This document shows positions 38,203 through 44,568 of a stretch of DNA of 44,568 bases, one piece after another. Within the stretch, counting starts at the first letter, position 1. Every line of letters begins with the position of its first letter. The position numbers were made by a program, and so were the translations under genes. Where the stretch lies: the IMG/VR virus record IMGVR_UViG_2740892423_000027; one strand, written 5' to 3'. The stretch comes from a virus. Its lineage: Duplodnaviria > Heunggongvirae > Uroviricota > Caudoviricetes. The notes beneath the pieces are model-generated. The model did no database searches and was not told the DNA's origin. It worked only from the letters and a program-made list of their open reading frames with translations.

Positions 38203-40871
38203 CAATACAGACGGTTACGCAGATTTCAGCCGCCGCACGGGGGAAATGGCCCGTTATTCTGCAGATGCTGCGTATTGATGTACCTGAAAACGGCAGGCAC
38301 GGTCCCTGCCCGAAATGTGGGGGCAAGGATCGTTTTCGCCTTGATGACCTTGACGGGCGCGGGACGTGGATCTGCAGCCAGTGTGGCAATGGTGACGGTC
38401 TGGATCTGGTTAAGCTCGTAACCGGTTACAGCGTCAGAAAGGCTGCGCAGGAGGTGGCGCAGGTGCTTAATGTGCCGGATGTGCAGGAACTGCCTGTTAA
38501 GCCTGCCAGACAAAAAGCCCCTAAACGCGACATGGGTCTTACCGTGGCGGCGCTGATGAAAGAGAGCCACACGGGAGAAAGCGCCTATCTGACAGGAAAA
38601 GGGTTCGCCGGATACCCGGCCTCTCTGACCGGAAGCGTGCAGCATATCAGCGGTAAGGATTTTCCTGCCGGTTCCCTGCTGTTACCACTCACGACCAACA
38701 CCGGAGCCGTGACCGGTGCACAGCTTATCGCCCCGACGGGTGAAAAAAGCATACTGCCCGGCAGCACGATGAAAGGCGCGTTTGTGTCGCTCAGCCCGTT
38801 ACCGTCTGAACCACCGGTACAGGTGGTGATTACCGAAGGTTACGCTACGGCGCTGACGGTAAGCCAGCTCACTGCCGGATGCGTAGTGGCTGCCATATCT
38901 GCGGGCAACCTGCCCAATGTGGCGCAGTCGCTGCGGGCACGCTGGCCTGAGGTAAAAATTATCATCGCCGGTGATAACGATTTTCAGGACGGGGGTGAGA
39001 ATCCCGGCAGAGCCTTTGCTGAACGGGCGGCAAAAGCTGTTGGCGGCTGGATGACGCTGCCACCAGGAGAGATTAAGGCTGACTGGAATGACTTTCATCG
39101 GGAGCACGGTATTACCCGTGCCCGTGAAGCCTTTCGCAACGGTCTGGTACTGTGCGGGGAAGGCCGCACGCAACTGCCGCACGGGTTCCGTCTTACCCAG
39201 GAATATCTCTGGTATGAAAAGCAGGTACAGCGCAACGGTGAGACGGAGATCCAGAACGTCAAAATATGCAGCCCGCTGCGCGTGACGGCAATCACCTGCG
39301 ATGCCGATGGCGGTAACTTCGGACGACTGCTGGAATGGGAAGATACGTGGGGTGAGTGTCGCCGCTGGGCGATGCCGATGGAAATGCTGAGCGGCAGTGG
39401 TGAGGAACTGCGCCGGGTACTGCTGGTTAACGGGCTGTCTTATATCAGCACCACCGGTGAGGCACGCGCACGCCTGATGGAATATATCTCACTGTGTAAA
39501 CCGGAACGCCGCGTGACCTGCGTCAGTCGTACTGGCTGGCATGGTCAGGTTTACGTCCTGCAGGATGAGGTCAGCGGTGAAGGTGCAGAGGGTGTCATTC
39601 TCCAGACCACTTCCGTGCAGGGGCGTGATTTCCGCGTGTCGGGCACAACAGAGGAATGGCGGGAGCATGTATCCCGCTACTGTACCGGCAACTCCCGCGT
39701 GGCATTTGCTGTCAGCCTGGCCTTTGCTGCACCACTGTTACGGCTGGTTGGTATGGACGGCGGCGGCTACCACCTCAAAGGGGAATCGACAGACGGTAAG
39801 ACCACCACCATGAAAGCGGCAACCTCCGTCTGCGGCGGGCCTGACTACTGGCAGACATGGCGGGCCACCGGCAACGCGCTGGAGGGATGCGCCAGCCGCC
39901 GCAACGATGCCGCCATGATGCTTGATGAGATCCGGGAAGTTGACGGACGCGAGGCAGGCAATATCGCCTACATGCTGGCAAACGGTCAGGGCAAGGGCCG
40001 TGCCGGTACGGACGGTGAGCTGCGTACCCGTAAGCAGTGGCGCCTGTTGTTCTTTTCAACTGGCGAGTTGTCTCTGACCGAACATGCGGCAAAGGCCGGT
40101 GAGCGTACTTTTGCCGGGATGGAAGTCAGGATGATCCAGATCCCCAGCGATTCCGGGAAGTTTGGCGTTTTTGAGGAGCTGCACGGCTTCGACAGCGGCA
40201 AGGCTCTGGCAGAGCATCTTGAATGGGCCACGTCCTGCTACTACGGTTCGCCGTTCCGGGAGTGGCTGAAAGCACTGACCGCTGATCTTAACGGACTAAC
40301 GGCACAGGCAAAATCGCTGATGAAGGAATATGCTGCCGCCCTGACTCCTAAAGATGCAGGCAATCAGGTGGGCCGGGCTGTGAACCGCTTTGCACTGGTG
40401 GCGATGGCAGGTGAACTGGCAACCCGTCTGGGTATCACCGGCTGGCCTGAGGGTGAAGCACTGCGGGCAACCCGCGTCTGCCTGAACGCATGGCTGAAAG
40501 ATCGCGGGCACACCGCCAATCAGGAAGATATCGCCGCACTGGAGCAGGTTCGCAGTTTCTTTACCGCGAATCAGTACAGCCGCTTTGCAGACTGGTATGA
40601 CGAGCGCAACCGCCCCGGCAATATGGTGGGCTGGCGCAGGGTGGAGAAAGGCAGTACCGCGCAGGGCACGGAAGCTATCACTACGTTCTATGTCATGCCG
40701 TCCGGCTGGAAAGAAATCTGCAGGGGATTTGACCCGCGCAAGGTGGCGCGTCTGTGCGTAGATCGTGGATACCTGCTGCCCTCCACTGATGGCAAACTCC
40801 AGACAACCATTCGCCCGCCAGAGATGAATCCCCGCAGGCTCTATGTCTTCAACAGCGAGGTGCCGGGTTAA
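38199..40871 (+). CDS. Primase-helicase, P4 alpha type (zinc-binding N-term, TOPRIM primase, D5-like helicase)
   Basis: 890 aa; N-terminal CPKCGG...CSQCGNGDG zinc ribbon; TOPRIM-like ITEGYATAL...IIAGDND; C-terminal P-loop region HLKGESTDGKTT. Confidence 0.85.
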   Translation: MTIQTVTQISAAARGKWPVILQMLRIDVPENGRHGPCPKCGGKDRFRLDDLDGRGTWICSQCGNGDGLDLVKLVTGYSVRKAAQEVAQVLNVPDVQELPVKPARQKAPKRDMGLTVAALMKESHTGESAYLTGKGFAGYPASLTGSVQHISGKDFPAGSLLLPLTTNTGAVTGAQLIAPTGEKSILPGSTMKGAFVSLSPLPSEPPVQVVITEGYATALTVSQLTAGCVVAAISAGNLPNVAQSLRARWPEVKIIIAGDNDFQDGGENPGRAFAERAAKAVGGWMTLPPGEIKADWNDFHREHGITRAREAFRNGLVLCGEGRTQLPHGFRLTQEYLWYEKQVQRNGETEIQNVKICSPLRVTAITCDADGGNFGRLLEWEDTWGECRRWAMPMEMLSGSGEELRRVLLVNGLSYISTTGEARARLMEYISLCKPERRVTCVSRTGWHGQVYVLQDEVSGEGAEGVILQTTSVQGRDFRVSGTTEEWREHVSRYCTGNSRVAFAVSLAFAAPLLRLVGMDGGGYHLKGESTDGKTTTMKAATSVCGGPDYWQTWRATGNALEGCASRRNDAAMMLDEIREVDGREAGNIAYMLANGQGKGRAGTDGELRTRKQWRLLFFSTGELSLTEHAAKAGERTFAGMEVRMIQIPSDSGKFGVFEELHGFDSGKALAEHLEWATSCYYGSPFREWLKALTADLNGLTAQAKSLMKEYAAALTPKDAGNQVGRAVNRFALVAMAGELATRLGITGWPEGEALRATRVCLNAWLKDRGHTANQEDIAALEQVRSFFTANQYSRFADWYDERNRPGNMVGWRRVEKGSTAQGTEAITTFYVMPSGWKEICRGFDPRKVARLCVDRGYLLPSTDGKLQTTIRPPEMNPRRLYVFNSEVPG

Positions 40872-40905
40872 GGCTTTGCGTGAGTCTTATTTATTAAGGG
40901 TAACA

Positions 40906-41094
40906 GGTGAAACAGGTGGAACAACCGTATTTTACAGGGCTGAACCTGTTCCACCTTCTGAAATAGTGAGGTGGAACAGATGTAACGCCAGCCAATCCGC
41001 TGTTCCACCTTGTTACCCGCGATGTTCCACCGGTGCAGTGTATATAAATGCCTTATAAAACAAAGCAGTAACACATGTTTCACCTGTTCCACCG
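40906..41094. repeat. Iteron cluster: at least 8 copies of TGTTCCACC / TGTTTCACC in both orientations (P4 ori/crr-like alpha-binding sites)
   Basis: GGTGAAACA 40906, GGTGGAACA 40915 and 40970, TGTTCCACC 40947, 41001, 41024, 41086, TGTTTCACC 41078; P4 type I iteron is TGTTCACC. Confidence 0.6.
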
Positions 41095-41271
41095 CATCAG
41101 GGACATAAAGCAGACTGAAACAGAGGGTATTTTTATCTGGCTGGCTTTCATAGCCACGTCTGAATAACCGCAAGCGCCCGTTGTGCCAGCCACCACACAC
41201 TGAGCACCGATAGTGTGCTTGTGTCAGCCACGACACAATTGACGTAACGAACCAACCCGACAGGAGAAGTC

Positions 41272-42015
41272 ATGAACAACACCGCAGTGAATATCAACCT
41301 TTCCACTTTTCCGGCTGTAACGCAGCGGGCACTGGAAACCATGAACACAGCCAGAAACGCATGGCTTGAAGCACGTCGTCAGCAGAAAGCGGCAGCGGAT
41401 AATATTGCGACAATCCGCCAGCGTCGCGCTGAAATGGAAGCCACGACGAACACACTGAATGAGGAGTGGCGCACGCTGTTTCGTGAAAGTCAGGGCGTGG
41501 TCTCAAAGGAAATGAAAAAACTGCGCACGGAAATTGCGCTGGGACGAGAAACGCTTGAGGATTTTGATGAGCTGCTGGCGGCTCAGGAAAGCGAAAATGC
41601 ACTTTTGCCGCAGAAAGCTGCGGAATTAGCCGGAAAGTATATCCACGCGCATAACATTCTTGTGGATATTCGCGCAAAACAAATCTGGGAAGATTTTATG
41701 CAGTCGCATGGAAAAGCGCTTATTCAGACGCTGAGCCTGCTTAAATCCACAATGGGCCGGGAAGCCAGTGCCGTTGTGGGTGTGGTGAATTCAGTTAATG
41801 ACCCGGACACAGTGCTGAAAGACTTTATTCATAAACATATCACCAGACCGGCTCTGGCTAACGATGCGATGCCTGAACAGGACCCGGTGTTTAAACTGGC
41901 GGGAGTTGCCCCGGATTATGCGGCGCGTCTGGATTTCAGTAATCAACTCTCTCCGGCAGCTATGCATAAAATAAAGGTTCGTCAGGAACTTGCTGAGAAG
42001 GAGAAAGCAGTATGA
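41272..42015 (+). CDS. Sid-like capsid size-determination protein (putative)
   Basis: 247-aa helical ORF immediately upstream of and coupled to psu; size matches P4 Sid; assignment by position and size. Confidence 0.45.
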   Translation: MNNTAVNINLSTFPAVTQRALETMNTARNAWLEARRQQKAAADNIATIRQRRAEMEATTNTLNEEWRTLFRESQGVVSKEMKKLRTEIALGRETLEDFDELLAAQESENALLPQKAAELAGKYIHAHNILVDIRAKQIWEDFMQSHGKALIQTLSLLKSTMGREASAVVGVVNSVNDPDTVLKDFIHKHITRPALANDAMPEQDPVFKLAGVAPDYAARLDFSNQLSPAAMHKIKVRQELAEKEKAV

Positions 42016-42563
42016 CGGCCCGAGGCACACCTGACCAGGCACTTACCAGTTTTCGGAATGCCCGTATTCTGTGGGCCGGACATAGTGAGAGCCGAAAAGC
42101 CGTTGAACAACAGATAACATCTCTCCTCGCTGCCACAGAAAAACCAGCAGATTATGCCCGACAGCTCGAATTACTGCGGGAACGTCTGGATGTGCTGAAA
42201 TGGCAAATTAACTGTGCTGCTCGGGAATGCATTTACTCGCAGCATTTATTGATGGAGGCCTGCACAGAAGCTGCTCTCAGCAATTTTATGCAGGCGAATG
42301 GGGCAGCCCTGACATCTGCACTGGCTCCGTTCCTGAAGGGGCGCGGAGGGGTTGACGTTGCGTCCCGTATATTACGCAGTGCTCTGGTTCGCCAGCTGGC
42401 AATAACACCGCCTGAAATTGCCGGGGATTATCGTGAGATCCTGGATGAATCCGGTTTGATGCCAGACCCCGGGATGATTCGTGATTGCCAGGGCTCTTAC
42501 ACCCCGGCACAACATCTGCGTTTTCAGCAACGCCTGAATGACATTAACGATATACAGGAGTGA
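42012..42563 (+). CDS. psu: Polarity suppression protein Psu
   Basis: 183 aa; LKWQINCAARECIYSQH, FMQANGAALTSALAPFL and YTPAQ segments parallel P4 Psu (RKWQVNQAAGRYIRSHE, FMQQHGTALAAALAPEL, FTPAQ). Confidence 0.8.
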   Translation: MTARGTPDQALTSFRNARILWAGHSESRKAVEQQITSLLAATEKPADYARQLELLRERLDVLKWQINCAARECIYSQHLLMEACTEAALSNFMQANGAALTSALAPFLKGRGGVDVASRILRSALVRQLAITPPEIAGDYREILDESGLMPDPGMIRDCQGSYTPAQHLRFQQRLNDINDIQE

Positions 42564-42568
42564 TATTA

Positions 42569-42841
42569 ATGGCACTTAAATGTCCGGAATGCGGTACAGT
42601 TGCACACGCCAGAACAGCAGCCTATGAAGCTCCGTCAGTTAAACGCTCGTGGTATCAGTGCCAGAATCTGGAATGTTCCTGCACATTTACGGCACTGGAG
42701 AGTGTGGATAAGATAATCATGAAACCCCGGCGCAATGAACAGGAACCAGACAAATCACAACCCCCGGTAAAACAACAGCAAACGCTCAATCGCTATGGCT
42801 CCGCGTCAAAACTGTCAAGCCGTCAGCAGATTCCTATCTGA
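42569..42841 (+). CDS. Ogr/Delta-family zinc-finger late-gene activator
   Basis: MALKCPECGTVAHARTAAYEAPSVKRSWYQCQNLECSCTF parallels P2 Ogr (MFHCPLCQHAAHARTSRY...ERYHQCQNVNCSATF); ATG 42569 after CAGGAG. Confidence 0.8.
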   Translation: MALKCPECGTVAHARTAAYEAPSVKRSWYQCQNLECSCTFTALESVDKIIMKPRRNEQEPDKSQPPVKQQQTLNRYGSASKLSSRQQIPI

Positions 42842-42860
42842 TTAGAAAAAAACGCCCACG

Positions 42861-42888
42861 TAATCCCGGTCGAGTACCGGGATTTTTA
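42861..42888 (+). terminator. Rho-independent terminator after delta-like gene
   Basis: AATCCCGGT-CGAGT-ACCGGGATT hairpin followed by TTTTAA. Confidence 0.65.
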
Positions 42889-43104
42889 ACACCTTTTCCC
42901 TGGCTGGCCTGAGAGCGCATGAGTGCATGTCTATGGCGCATGAAAACGCATGAGCCTTATGCACCATTTTTGACGAGAAAGCCCTTGTGTGGTGGCTTCT
43001 GAGACGATTTATGAGGTGCATGAAAACCAGTCTGTTAAGCGAAGCGGGCAGGCGTGCGGGGCTGCCCGCGCAGAAGGAGAAAGAGGTGTATTCAAAGTAT
43101 TTTT

Positions 43105-44568
43105 CTACCCATGACATTTTTTGAATTTTTTTCCTGATCCACAATAGCAAGGCTCATTTCTTCCCATTTTTTTTTCATTATTAACTATAGGGAATGTAGA
43201 CATATATGATGTCGGCTTAGGCAAGATGTCTGTAAGAACGCTATACTCCTTCATGGATTTTTTCGCTAATAAGCGCTCATCCTTTGTAAGTGGCTCATCA
43301 AACTTACAATAAACAACATCTTCAGAACGGCCCTCAGAATCTTTGCTTTCCGTTGCAATAATTATCAACTTCTTAATTTGACTGTATTTATACTTCGCCA
43401 CTAGTGCATACATTTGCACACAAGAAAAACGCTCCAATCTATATTTTTCATATGATAACCCTTCATCACGCGGAAAGAACAAAAAAATATAATATTTGCC
43501 TTTTTCGTCAATCGACTCAACAATCCTAGAACTTCTTCTATTAGTAGGAACCTGTTTGAACTTTTCTATAAATGCCTTAGAAAGATGATATCTTGACACT
43601 CTGCTTTCTGCTGCCAGTTGTCTAACTGTTTCCTCATGACTATGAAAGTCATTTTCTATACCCAAACCTACAGTTGCAGTAAGAATTGATTCCGAAAGTC
43701 TCTGTATCATTTCATCCCAAAACACACTTCCTTTTTTCATTGCCTTGTAATAATCATACTGAGGAGATTTTTTTAACACTTCCCACTCATTTTCTGCTAT
43801 TTGCACAAATGTATTTTCAGGTACCAATTTCTCATCTACAATCACTCCATGCCCGCTCAAATATGCAGCCAAAGTATCATCTTCTCCTGGACTTAATCTC
43901 AGAAGGCCAGAACGGACAACACGTTCCTTCTCTTTCAAGTAACTAACAAAGTCAGTAATTGTATCTAACTCCGACAATAAGAGATTTAATGACAATTCAT
44001 CTAACACATGAACAAATGTTTTATTTGGATAAATATCTCCAATGGAAAAAGGTTGCTCCATACTTTCCTTTATTCCAAATGAGAAAACATTCATGAGAGT
44101 ACCAGAACTCCCTTCAGCTATACGTGAAAAGAAATTAGATGCAGGAACCGAACTATTATTGGTTACAGCGATAAGGAAAAACCTCATATCTCTATTTATT
44201 TTAACTGGAAAGGGAACTTTGCATTTTTTATCTAAGAACAATCGTCCATGATGATCTTTTAAAAACTTCTCTGCCCCATGTAACTGAACAGCCGATTCAG
44301 TTATGGATTTTTTAAACCATCTTTTCCATGCTACAGAAACTTCAATCTCTTCGTTAAAGTTAATATCCTTATCTGAAAATAAAATCACATTATTTTCAAA
44401 AACAACTAATAAATCACACACCTCCTTCCCCGATTTGTTTTTAGAAAGCCCTTCATCACTATACACATTAGGATATGACCATAAACCAATAAACGCACTA
44501 TTAGCCAGTTCTATTAATCTTTTTTCAGTTTGATTAACTCCCTGCCCTTTGTTAATCACTTTTAACAT
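43105..44568 (-). CDS. AT-rich cargo protein with C-terminal SEC-C zinc-binding motif (487 aa; defence candidate); start coincides with last base of window so N-terminus may be longer
   Basis: C-terminus ends [14 protein letters not shown] (SEC-C motif); strongly AT-rich, antisense to satellite late operon; N-terminal region has a D..E..DK-like pattern ([17 protein letters not shown]) that could be nuclease-like but is unverified. Confidence 0.6.
   Translation of the reverse strand: MLKVINKGQGVNQTEKRLIELANSAFIGLWSYPNVYSDEGLSKNKSGKEVCDLLVVFENNVILFSDKDINFNEEIEVSVAWKRWFKKSITESAVQLHGAEKFLKDHHGRLFLDKKCKVPFPVKINRDMRFFLIAVTNNSSVPASNFFSRIAEGSSGTLMNVFSFGIKESMEQPFSIGDIYPNKTFVHVLDELSLNLLLSELDTITDFVSYLKEKERVVRSGLLRLSPGEDDTLAAYLSGHGVIVDEKLVPENTFVQIAENEWEVLKKSPQYDYYKAMKKGSVFWDEMIQRLSESILTATVGLGIENDFHSHEETVRQLAAESRVSRYHLSKAFIEKFKQVPTNRRSSRIVESIDEKGKYYIFLFFPRDEGLSYEKYRLERFSCVQMYALVAKYKYSQIKKLIIIATESKDSEGRSEDVVYCKFDEPLTKDERLLAKKSMKEYSVLTDILPKPTSYMSTFPIVNNEKKMGRNEPCYCGSGKKFKKCHG

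Larger units (their letters stand above)
34111..44568. mobile_element. P4-like satellite / integrative element (int?, AlpA, alpha primase, iterons, Sid-like, Psu, Delta, AT-rich cargo); boundaries unresolved, distal end beyond window
   Basis: Co-occurrence of P4 hallmark genes (alpha-type primase-helicase, Psu, Ogr/Delta, AlpA) with TGTTCCACC iterons; core is certain for 36412-42841, assignment of int and flanking cargo is inferred. Confidence 0.7.

Noticed and set aside
42842-43150. 102-aa minus-strand ORF overlapping the delta terminator and the 3' end of the SEC-C gene
   Set aside because: Spans an intergenic terminator and repeat region and overlaps the end of the SEC-C ORF in another frame; composition not protein-like.

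Overview
The window is a mosaic lambdoid prophage (about 1-33.9 kb, lambda map inverted) followed by a P4-like satellite (about 34-44.6 kb). Reading the minus strand from high to low coordinate, the lambdoid part runs cro, cII, an O-like initiator with internal iterons, DnaB-type helicase, nin genes (NinB, E, X-like, F, G, phosphatase), Q-family antiterminator, two tRNAs, a lysis cassette essentially identical to lambda S/R/Rz/Rz1, terminase, portal, head and tail genes. On the plus strand, cI is followed by an AT-rich ClpP/S49-like protease in the rex position, then N, cIII-like and Kil-like genes, a Rad52-like annealase, SSB, exonuclease, an Ea22-like protein and an Xis/AlpA-like gene. The satellite part has a tyrosine integrase, AlpA, an alpha-type primase-helicase, TGTTCCACC iterons, and Sid-like, Psu and Delta/Ogr genes. 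The strongest candidates for an undescribed system are AT-rich cargo genes: a 487-aa SEC-C-motif protein antisense after delta (43105-44568), a 293-aa protein after the integrase, the protease cassette after cI, and a Nudix domain fused to a head scaffold-like protein. All calls rest on reading the sequence and ORF translations by eye against remembered protein families; no database search, HMM or tRNA-folding program was run. Start codons, element boundaries and att sites are unresolved, and which element owns the integrase is ambiguous.
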